A DNA stretch of 64,000 nucleotides, taken from Cyanophora paradoxa CCMP329 (taxonomy: Eukaryota; Plantae; Glaucophyta). Positions 24,487 to 35,387 of this stretch are shown in pieces. The DNA lies in the NCBI GenBank assembly GCA_004431415.1, contig QPMI01000101.1, positions 186,001 through 250,000 on the forward strand. The letters run 5' to 3'. Position 1 is the stretch's first letter; each line of letters opens with the position of its first letter. Position numbers and translations under genes: made by a program. The notes beneath the pieces were generated by a model. It did not search any database, had not been told where the DNA came from, and was given only the letters and a program-made list of their open reading frames with translations.

Positions 24487-25479
24487 GGGCGACTCGCGGG
24501 GGCAGCGGGCGCCGGGGTGACTCGTGGTCGGTGACTCGCCGAGGCGGATAGCGTCGGCCCGCGAGGCTACTAGGCTAGGCGGCCTCCGAGCGGCCCCTGC
24601 CAGCTGCAGGCCCCGGCCTCGCCTGCCTCTTCCCTCCCCTTAACCTATACAAACCAGTTAAGAGCTGTAAGAAGGCACTGCGCGGCATGCAATCTTCGAC
24701 CGTCGGCCCCGGAGCGACTATCATTTATAGTATCAAGTTTCCTCAGACTACCTAATACTGTGACATCATGTGACATATATAATGGCATTTATCTTAAGCT
24801 TTGGAATCATGATCCGATGATCAGTACTAGTGACTTCGTGACTCGTACTCGTGAATCATATGCATATAGTTTCGTTAGCTAGTCCTGAATCTGCCAGGCT
24901 GAGTTTCGAAATTTCGAATGATCATGAGGTGCACGTCACGGCGTGCACTTGTGGAATTTGCGATTTGAAACTTCCCCCCAGTGACTGTGCCGCGGTGCAG
25001 ACTCGAGAGCCTGATCATGAGAGTTTCAAGTTTTATGTATCATAGTATACGTACTACGGTATACATATGCATAGCCTGCCGATCGCGAGACCGTACGCTT
25101 AGTACCGTACCGCGGCCGGCTGAATAATCGCTTCCGGGCCGGGGGGAGTCGCGATCGAGCTCCCCAACTCCAACTCCGTACCGATCGATATTCCATCGGT
25201 ATCTGTGAATTCGGAATTTCTATACATGGATGTATTGCCCCGCACAGACCGAAACTTGACAAATACTGCAGCCGCTGAGCTGCAATTGCAATCGATGTCC
25301 TGTACATTCCAACTAGTACTGACCTGGTATGTAACAATGTCCTCCGACGAGACGAGAGACCGACCGTCTAAGTTCTGATGAATACAGAGCACTCGCCAAT
25401 CTAAAACTGTGATTTTGGTCCATACCGCAGTGCGGCCCGGCCGGTACCCCGCGCGCGGCCTGGGCGTGCGGCCGCGAGC

Positions 25480-27271
25480 TCACTTGGCGGTCCAGCCGCC
25501 GTCGACGACGAGCTGGGGGGCGGTGAGGGTGCGCGGGGCGGGGCGGGGCGGGGCGGGGCGGGGCGGGGACCTCGGCGCCGGTGATGAAGCGGGCCTCGTC
25601 GCTGGCGAGGAACACGATCGCGTTCGACACGTCCACCGCGTCTGCCCCGCCCGACTCAGCCGCCCCGCCCGCGGCACGCAGGCTGCATCGCCGCCCGCCG
25701 GCGACTTCCCAGGGGGCGGGGGCGGGGGCGGGGGCGGGGGCGGGGCGCACCGCCGAAGAAGCCGAGGGGCACGCCCTCGATGGCCTTCTCCCAGCCTGCG
25801 CGCCGGCGGGGGGTGCCCCTCGGCCGCGTCCCCCGGGTGGGGGGGAAGGGGGCCCCGCACCGGGCTTCGAGGTGAGGTACTCCAGGATGTGCGCTGCGGG
25901 GCGCGGGCCGCGCGTCGGGGGCGCCGCTCGCGAGCTGGCGTTGCGCAGCGCGGGCGGGGCGGGCACTCTTGATGGCGCCGGGGTGGACCGAGTTGACGCG
26001 GATGTGGTCGCGCGCGTACGACACCGCGTCCGCCTGGGAGGGGGCGTCGCGCAGGGGTGAGGGGCGGGGGGAGGAAGGGGGGCAAGGCCCGCCGGGCACC
26101 TTGGTCATGAGGCGGATGGCGCCCTTGGAGGTGCAGTACGGCTGCGCGGCCGGCGATCAGGCCCCAGGGGCCCGGCGTGCGATGCGAGCTTAAGGCGCAA
26201 CGGTAATGAGGGCGCGACCGACGATGCCCGTGACCGCCGAGACGTTGATCACCGAGCCGCCGCCCCCGGCCCGCATGATCGGGAAGACGTATCTGCGTGC
26301 CCCCGGGTTCGATTCAGAGAGGGCGGGTTTGGAGTTTGTAACTCTAGATCAATTTCAAGGCGAGAAGTGCAGCGGAGGGCACTCGGACAGGACCCAGAGC
26401 TAGATGAGCGGAACGGGTTTAAGGAGAGAACGGGTTGGAAGGCCCGAGCAAGGGCAAGGGAGGGAGAGCAGATAGACACTTCCTGCGCCCCGCCCTGCGG
26501 CCCTGCGGGGGCGCACTTGCAGGTGAGGAAGGCGCCCTTGACGTTGATGCGCATCACCTCGTCCCACTCGTCCGATGGCACGTCCTCCGCTGCGCGCCGT
26601 CGAGTTCGAGTTCGAGTTCGATTCCGCCCGGGATGGAATTGGGAATGGGGCGCACTGAGGATGTCGTGGGGCCCCAGGATGGCGGCGTTGTTGACCAGGA
26701 TGTCGATGCGACCCTTCTCCGCGTGGATCTCGCTGCGCCGCCGCCGCCGCCGCGTGAGCCCGAGCCGGGGCGGCGACGCGAGCCGGCCGGGCGCCGCGGT
26801 GCGGGAGGCGGGCAGCGGGCGGCGGGCGCACTGGATGATCTTCTTGACCTCCGTCTCGTGGGTGATGTCCATGTGCCAGAACTTGCCGTCCCCGCCGGCC
26901 TCCTTGATCTCTGCGCGGCCCGTCGCGTCAAGCCGCCGATCCGCGCTCGAGCGACTCGGCGGGCGGGCGAACCCTTCACGACGGCTTCAGCGTGGGTGTC
27001 GTCGATCTCCACGATGCCGACCCACGCTCCCTCCGCAGCCATGCGCCGAGCGACGCACCGCCCGCTGACGTTGCGGACGGACCCGTCAGCCCAAGCGATC
27101 GCCGAGCAGCGCGTATGAGGAGCTGCCACGCACATTCCATTCCCTCCGCCGGTGATGATTGCAACCTTGCCCTTGAGCCTGCGAACTGAACCTCAGACCT
27201 TGTCGAAGGGAAAAGCGGCTCGGACGGGACACCGGGCCGCGTCTACTCGGCGATCGAAGCGTACGTAACAT
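25480..27271 (-). CDS. classical short-chain dehydrogenase/reductase
   Basis: LKGKVAIITGGGNGIG, IDILVNNAA, GGSVINVS, YCTSK (YxxxK), IRVNSVHPG, FITGAE|LVVDGG. Confidence 0.93.
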
Positions 27272-27607
27272 TCTACAGCATAAACGATAAATCCCCCTTG
27301 TCGTGACCGCGGGCGCGCGCTCACCGATTAGCCCCAAGCAGCTGGGTTGCAGGGGTCTGAGGGGCGATTTTGGGAGCTGTGTTGGCCATCGCTAGAGCGA
27401 GCTAGAGAGCGGGGAGCAGTCGGAATGGCAACCGAAACGGCTCTTGGCGTCCGCGTCCGATCCGGCTTGGAACTGCGATCCCGCGTACCCGGCTGGCGAT
27501 TAACCCCGGGAGAGGAGAGGGAGGGGGGAAAGCTGCCTCCTAGGCTCGAAAACCGCCGGGGCCGACGGGCCGTACTGAGCAAACAGAGACTGTGAACACA
27601 GCTGCAG

Positions 27608-29709
27608 ATGGCGCAAGACTCGGGCCAAGCGTCAGAGCAGCCGCCGGCCCCCACACCAACGCAGGAGGACCCGCCAGCACCCGCGCAAGCGCAGGACGCT
27701 TTGCGTCCCGTCGGCATAGAGCAGATGGGAGTGCAGCTCGTCGTGGGTCCCGGCGTGCGTGTCGAGGGCCCCGTACGCGTGACGGTGGCCGGAGGCGGGC
27801 CCGCGCCCGCGGTGACCGTGGTGATGGGCCGGCCGGCGGCCGCCCCACAACCACAGCCGAGCGCAGTGCACGCACAGCAGGCACTCGGCGACCTGCAACC
27901 GCTCCCAGTGCTCCAGCCGATGGAGATTGACCCGGCTCCGGCAGCGGGCGGCCCGGCCCCGCAGCCCGCGTCGGTCGCGCACGCCGCGGCCGTGCCGGCA
28001 GGACGTCAGGTTGCTGCCGCCGCGGCTGCGGCGCGGCCCGCACAGCCGCAGCCGCCGCAGCCGCCGCAGGCTCCGAGGGCGCCCGCCGCCCCCGCCGCCC
28101 CGCAGGCGCCGTCCGCGGCGTCGTCGTGGCGAGAGATGATGCCGGAGAGCGCGCAGCGGGCGCTGGAGGCGCAGAACCCCGAGATGGCGCGCCAGCTCGA
28201 CCGCGGCCGCCTCGTCGCGCTCGACGAGGAGGCCCGCCGCCGCCTCCGGCAGGCGCAGCTCGCCCAGCAGCAGCGCGGCGCCGAGGCCCGCGCCGCCCCG
28301 TCCCAGCTCGTCGTGCTTTCCGAGGTGCGCCGCGACGATGCGGGCCGGGGGGCCCGCTCGCGCCCCCCCAGAGCTCGGCGGCCCCGCGCGGCGCCGCCCG
28401 ATGGTGGAGTTCTCCCGCGCAGGAGCGGGCCCTGCAGGAGGCGCTGCGGCGCTCCCTCGTCGACACGCGCACGAGGGACGGAAGCGAGGCGCGCGCTCCC
28501 GCGCCCCCCTGAGCTCCCTCCCCCGGCCCCGGCTGAGGGGCGGCTGCGCAGGAGGAGCGCGCCGTGCGGCTGGCCCTGCACCGCTCCGAGGAGGAGGAGC
28601 GCCTGCGCCGCCAGGCGGCCCAGGTGCGGCACTCCGCCGGGGCCCGTCCCCTCGAACGCCCCGTCTAGGGATGCCTAGAGGCTCGAAGAAGCCGCCAGGT
28701 CGACGGCAGCAGGGGCGAGCAGCTGCGCCCAGCCGCCGCCTGACGACGGGCGCCCAAGCCGCAGGGCCCCAGCGTGCTCTCCGAGGTGCGGGCGGCGGCG
28801 GGTCAGCCGGCAGCGGCGGCGGCGGCGGGGGCGCAGGGGAGCCCCGCTCAGCTGCTGGAGGAGCAGGTCCGGCGGCGCCGGGCGGCGCAGCAGCTTCTCG
28901 ACGGGCGCATCCCCGTGCCCGCCGGCGCCCCCGCCGGCCCGCCCGGCGGCGGCGGGGTCCCTCGGGGTGGCGGGGACGCGCGCGGCGGCGGAGGCGCAGC
29001 TGCTGGAGGCGACGCGGCGCGTGCAGGCGCGCCTCGAGGAGGGCGCGCGGGGGCCCCAGGTGCAGGTGCGGGAGGGGGACGGGCAGGTGCGGCCGGCGAC
29101 GGCGCTGGAGCAGCGGCTCATGCGGGAGAACGCGGAGCTGCGGCAGCGCGCTGCGGCGCTGGCGAGCGAGTCGGAGCAGCGGCAGCTGGAGGCGCGGCGG
29201 GCGGCGGCGGTGACGACGAGCTCGGTGCCGCCGGGCTGCCTCCGCGTGGACGAGGAGCACCTGCGGACGCTGCCGGCGGCGGAGCTCGACGAGCTCTCGG
29301 AGCGGCTGGTGGAGGCGATGGGGCGCGTCAACGCCCTCGCCCGCGAGGCGCGGCGCCGCGAGGCCTCCCCGCTCCCCGCCACCTTCGAGTGCCCCGGTGC
29401 GCCCTCACTTCGACCTCCTCCCTCCTCTCTCTCTTCCTCGTCTCTTCCTCTGAGGCCGGTTTCGCAGTCTGCCTGGAGGCCCTCGAGCGAGCGAAGCGGC
29501 GCGTCCTGCAGCCGTGCGGCCACGTCGGTGCGGCGGCGCGCGTTCGCGCGCGCGCGAGGGGCTCTGGCCCCTTCACCCCGCTGGCCCCCTCTGATGCCGG
29601 TGGTCGCGCAGTCTGCGAGGCCTGCGGCGGCCGCGTCCTCGTGATGCAGCCGCAGCGTTGCCCCGTCGCCCGCTGCGAGATCTACGCCATGAGCCCCGTC
29701 TACGACTAG
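27608..29709 (+). CDS. RING-HC E3 ligase, paralog A (two UIM-like motifs, coiled coil, C-terminal RING)
   Basis: After splicing: CPVCLEALERAKRRVLQPCGHVVCEACGGRVLVMQPQRCPVARCEIYAMSPVYD*. UIM-like ERALQEALRRSL and ERAVRLALHRSE. Confidence 0.85.
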
Positions 29710-29922
29710 ATCTAGCTATAGTGTTCGATCGAGCCTGCGGCTGCCCTGCCTGGTCCGGCCGGCCCGCCCCGCGACCGCTCCGGTGTGTGAAATGCGCGCG
29801 TCGGAATACAATAGAGGCATGTGCATCTCTGCTAGTACTATTCTGCCATGCACCAAGGAGCGGCGTGGGATGGCCGGGCGGAAGGAGAGCAGGGGGCGGG
29901 TGCCCCCGACAGGGGGGCCGGG

Positions 29923-32900
29923 TCAGGCGTCGAGGGGCCCGGCGAGGGAGAGGCGGAGGGAGGAGCCCGGGAGGAGGGAGCCGTCCCCGTCCCCGTCCCC
30001 CTCCGAGTCCGCCGAGAAGCCGTCCGCGCCCTCGCCGGCCCCGTCGTACCCCTCCGCGCCCTCGCCGGCCTCGGCGGCCTCGGCGGCGGCCGCGCCCGAG
30101 TAGGAGGCGAAGGCGCCGCCGGCCTCGTCGTCCCCGTCGGCGGCCGCCACGCCGGCCCCCGCCCTGCCCCGCATCAGATGAGAAGACGGGGGGAGAGTGG
30201 AGGGGGCACCTGTGGGCCGACTCGTCGATGTAGACGTCCCCCCGCGTGATGAACGGGTGCACGGAGAAGCGCACCCCGCCGTACGCTGGGGGCGGGGCAT
30301 GAGAGGAAGCGGGCGGGAGGGGGGCGACAGGGGGCGGGGCGCACTGTAGTGCATGGGCTCGCCGCGGGGGCCGTACTTGGCGAGGACGATGCCGAGGGGC
30401 CGGTGCCGGGGCGCCGCCTCCTCGGCGCCGTGCGCGGCGGCGAAGTGGCGGACGCGGTCGAGCAGCGCCGAGGTCCCCGTCGCCGCGTGGTGCGGCTCCA
30501 GGTCCTCGATCTGAGCCCTCTGAGCGCCGCCAGGGGCGCGGCAAGCGGGTGCGGGGCGGGGGCGGGAGGCGGCGCACGCTGACGACGTGCGCGCCGTGGT
30601 GCAGCCGGGCGAGGCGCGGCGGGCCGGCCGGCTGGCCCCCGGGGGGGCCCGGTTGCGCGGGGTACGGGTAGGGCTGGGGAGGGTAGGGGTAGGGAGGCTG
30701 GGCGTAGCCGTAGGGGTAGGGCTGGGGTAGGGCGCGGCGGCTGCCGCGGGGCCGAAGACGGGGGCGGGCCGGGGCGGGGGAGGGGCGAGGCGGTGGCGTC
30801 GTCGTCGGAGGGCTCCATGACGACGACGGCCCCGCCAGCGGGGCCGGCGCCCGAGGCGGCCCCGGGCGAGGCCGCCCCGGAGCCGGCCGGCCCCGGCGGC
30901 GGCGGCGAGGTCGTCGCGCACTTGCTCGCCTCGTCCTCGTCGATCGTGTACTGCCGCCGACCCCCGGTCAGCCGCCGCCCGACGGAGCTAGATTTAAACC
31001 CGCTCCGCAGCGCGCGGAGCCGCCGGCGAGCTAGGGTCAGGCTATCGGATCGTTACCGCCCTCCGCAGAGCCGAGGGGGCGCCGGCGGGGGGAGGGCCCG
31101 GGGAGGCCGTTCTTAGATGGACGGTGCTGCTCCCTGCGGGGGCTGGCGGGCAGGCGGGGCGGGGCGCACGCTGATGGGCTGCCCGGGCTCCAGCACGTCC
31201 GGCTCCGCCGAGATGATGATCGGCTTCGGGCCCGCCTTCTCTGCAGCCGCCCCCGCCGGCTTCTCCGCCGGCTTGTGTGCCGGCTTGTCCGCCGGCTTCT
31301 GCTGCTTGTCGCCCATGAGGAAGGCCTGCGGGGGGAGCTCAGGCGAGCGGGCGCGCGACGCAGGCTCCGGAGGGCGCGGGCGGGCCTTCTCGGCGGCCTT
31401 GAGGGCGTCCTTGACGGCCCCCGTCGCCTTCGCCGGCTCCTTCTCCGCCCTCGCCACCGCCTGAGGGGAAGGAGGGCGGGGATCAGTCTACCGGCCGACA
31501 GCGCTCGTCCGAGCGATGAGAGGGGGACCTTTGCGGCGCGCTGGGCCTCCTCCTTGCTCGCCCCGGCCGCGATCTCGGCCTTGAGGACGGCCTTCTCCGC
31601 CGCCTTGGCGACCGTCTTGGCGTCCTCGCCCCGCGCCGCCGCCTTGGCCGCCGCCGCCGCCGCCGCCGCCGCCACCGAGGCCGGCGCGCCCACCTTCGCC
31701 GCCGCCTTGACCGCCTTCTCGGCGGCCTCCTTGGCGGCCGTGCTGGCGGCCTGGCGGGCGGTGGCGAGGCAGGCGGCCCAGATTTCCTTGGGGACGGTGA
31801 CCGTCTCCCCCGCCGTGCCCTCCTTGCCGCCCTCGGCCACCCTCTGCGTCTCCCCGTCCTTCTTCGCCGAGACGCCCTGCGCAGCCGCCGTCGCCTCCGG
31901 CCCGAGCTGGGTCGGGGCGGGGCGGGGCGGACGGGGCCGAGGGTGAAGAGGAGGGCGTCAGCGTCGAGGCCTCCATCCGCGTCGTCGTGGGGCGCCGCCT
32001 GGGGCGCCGCGTCCAGGCGCCCCGCGTACGCGTAGAAGGGCTCCTTCACGCCCTCCACCGCCACGGGGGCCCCCTGCCGGCACCCGCCGTGAGGAGCGCC
32101 GGCGGCCGAGGGCGAGCACGCGGGGAGAGCCGATGAGGGCTTTGGATCGAAGGATCCTTGCGCCCGGGGGCGGCTGACCTTGACGAGGCCGCCGCGGGCC
32201 TGCGCGGCGGCGAGCTTCGCGGCGGAGAGGAGCACGCGGCAGTACTCGGGCTTCCACGCGGGGCCCGCCCCGCCCCGCGTGCAGTCCGCCCCGCCGTCCC
32301 CCGCCGTGTAGACCTTGGCCGCTGCCTCCGCCGCGTCCTTGAGGATCTGGGCGGCGCGGCGCGCTCGAGAAGCGGTTCGGGAGGGGTCGCGGGGGCGGGG
32401 CACCTGGACCTCGCTGGAGGCGCCGGTGGCGATGCCCTTGACGAGAGCGCCCATCGCCGCCTGCACCACCGCGTGCGGCGCCCCCGCCTGCCGCCCCCGC
32501 CCCGCCGCGTGTCAGCCCCCGGCCCCACGGCCCGCTGGAGCTCGGTCCTACCTTCTCGATCTGCTGGGCGGCGGCCTTGATGGTCGGCTCGCTCTCCGCC
32601 GCCCGCACCAGGCTCGCCAGCTCTCCCTCCGACACCTGCTTCCCCGCCTCCGCCGCCTTCCCCGCCGGCGCTGCCGGGGCCGGCGCTGCCGGGGCCGGCG
32701 CCGCGGGTGCTGCCGGGGCCGCCGCGGCCGCGGGGGCTGGCTTCGCCTCGGCTTGCGGGGCGGGGAGCGGGAGGCACTTGTCGCCGCAGCAGAGGGCCGG
32801 GGCAGGCCCATCGACGCGGCGGCAGGCGACGTCGACGCTCACGACGTCCTCCTTCACGAGCGCCCCCTGCGAGCCCCGCCCGCTCGCGCCGAGCTCGAGG

Positions 32901-35355
32901 CGAGGCGGGGCGGGGGCGGCCGCGCGGGGGAGTGACCTTGAGGGCGGCGGAGGCGGCGGCCTGCACGGCCTTGGCGACGCGGCAGGAGCCGGCGCAGTTC
33001 TCCAGCGGCACCGCCATCTTCACCTCCACCTTCACCGGCTTCGCCAGCGCCGCCGCCACCTGCGCCGCCGCGTGAGCCGCGGCCGAGGGGGGCGCCCGGG
33101 GCGGGAAGAAGGGGCGGGGGCCTGCTGCTGGGCCGCGTCGACGACGTTGGCGAGGAGCTGCGTGAAGTCCGCCCCGTGGGGCGCCCCCTTCGCCGCCGTC
33201 TTGACCCCCGCCGGCAGGGCCACCGGCGGGAGGGCCTTGGCGTGGCGCGGCGCCCACTGCGCGAGCGCCCCCGCGCACTCCTCGCCGCAGCAGAACGAGT
33301 CGGCCTGCGCACACGACGTCACGCCGAGTCGAGCGGCGAGGCGGGGGAAGCGGGGCGGGCACGGCGACGGGGTCGGGGAGGGCGGTGTGGCGGTGACACT
33401 TCATCTTGATGTGGGAGCCGCGCTCCGCCACACCCCGCACGATGGCGCTGTCCAGCTGCGCGGGGGGCGGGGGTCGGCGCCTCGGGCGGGCGAGGCAAGG
33501 GGGCCGGGGGGCCGGGGACCTGCTCCTGGGCCCCCCGGAGAAGAAACTCGGCGAGGGCCTCCGGGGAGAGCTCCTTGCTGGGCAGCTCGAGCCGCAGCGC
33601 GCGCCGCCCCGCCTCGGGCGCCTCCCGCGACAGCTGGCCCGCCCTCAGGCCGGCAGGCGGGGCAGACGAGGCAGGGGCGGGGCACCTGGCGCTCGACCTC
33701 GCCGGCGATGGCGGCCTGCAGCGTCTCCCACTTGGGGGCGCCCCCCGCGCAGCCCTCGCCGCAGCAGAACTCGTTGCCGGAGGCGGGGGCGGCGGTGGAG
33801 ACGTGGTCGACGGGGTCGCGCAGGCACTGGAGCTCGACGGAGAAGTCCTTGAGCTCCGCCAGCTTGGCCTCCACCGCCGCCTCCGCCCGCCCCACGAGCT
33901 TCGCCAGCGCGTGCACGTGCGCATCCGCCAGCGCGCCCGTCTCCTTCGGCGCCTCCGGCCACCCCGCCTTCCCCGCCGTGCACTCCCCCGCCGCATTCGC
34001 CTTCTCCGGCGCCGGCGCCGAGGACGAGGACGAGGACGAGGACGATGGCGCCTTGGGCTGGGTGGGGGCGAGGGACGCGCCCTTGGCGGCGGCGGCGACG
34101 AGCTTGAGGGCGGCCTTGGCCTCCTGCGCCGAGGCGCCGTCCTTGATGGCCTGCTTCATGGCGGCCACCATCGCCGCCTTGGCGACGACCGCCGCCCCGC
34201 TGCCGGCCGCCTGCGCCTTGGCCGCCGCCGCCACCGCCGCCTTCACCACGTCCTTCGGCGCCCCGGCCGCCGCCGCCGCCTTCATCGCCTCCCGCACCTG
34301 GGAAACGAGGAGTTCAGAACCCCTTGGCGCACGGTCGCGCTCGCAAGAGCCTCCCAGCGCACCGCGGCGTCCTTGGTGAGCGCCGCCGCCGCCTCCTTGA
34401 CGGCCACCGCCTTCTCCGCCGCGAGCGCCGCCTTCTCCGCCGCCTTCTCCATCTCCGCCGCCGGCTTGTTCGCAGCTTTCGCCTTGGCCGCCGCCGCGAT
34501 CGCCGCCTGCACCGCCTGCGCCGCGGGGGAGCGGCTCAGGCGGGTGCACGGGGAACGCGGGGGCGGCGGGGAGGGCGGGCCTTGGCGGCCTTGGTGGTGT
34601 CGTCGGGGTGGGTGCGGGCGGCGGCGAGGACGGCGGCCTTGACGACGTCGGGCGGGATGCCGGCCGCCTTGGCCGCCTGCAGCGCCTCCTGCGCCCCCTT
34701 GCTCGCCGCCAGCTCCTTCAGCGCCCCCTTGAGCCCCGCCTCCGAGGGGCCCGCCTTGGTCGCCACCGGGGCCTGGGGGGCGTGAGGGGCGGCCGGGGGC
34801 GGGGCGGGCGGAGGGCGGGGCCGACCTTGCCGGCCCCCGCCTCGAGGGCCGCCGCCTTCTTCAGAGTCGCCTGCGCCGCCTGCGCGGCGGGGCGAGGGTG
34901 AGCAGAGCCCCGGCGCGCGGCGCGGCCGGCATCGGGCGCGCCTGCGACGACTGCGAGGGGGCTTTGGCGCCGCCGCCGCCGCCGCCGTCGAGGTCGTCGT
35001 CGTCGTCGTCGTCGCCGCCGCCGGCGTCCAGCTTGCCGCCGGCCCTGGCGCCTTGCCGGCCGCCCTGCTCGCCTCCAGCAGGCCGGCGATCTCCGAGTCG
35101 ATGGGGTCCGTCTCGTCGTCCGCGTCCGCAGCGGAGGCCGAGGGGCGGCCGGCGCGGGGCGCCGCCCTTGGCCGCCGCCTCGAAGGCCGCCTGGGCGGCG
35201 CGCGCCGCGGCCGCCTGCGCCTCCGCCGCGTCCCCGGCGAGGTGCGCCGCAACCTGCGACGGCCCGCCTCGGCCGGGGGCGGCGGCGGCGGCCCCGCGGG
35301 GGCGGGGCGGACCTGCTTGGAGGCGAAGGCGACGGCAGCCTTGTGCGCGGCAACC

Positions 35356-35387
<32 letters not shown>

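Noticed and set aside
20929-27271. PhyH, VIT1 and SDR as a metabolic gene cluster
   Set aside because: No backbone synthase or shared pathway, and they are flanked by unrelated housekeeping genes.
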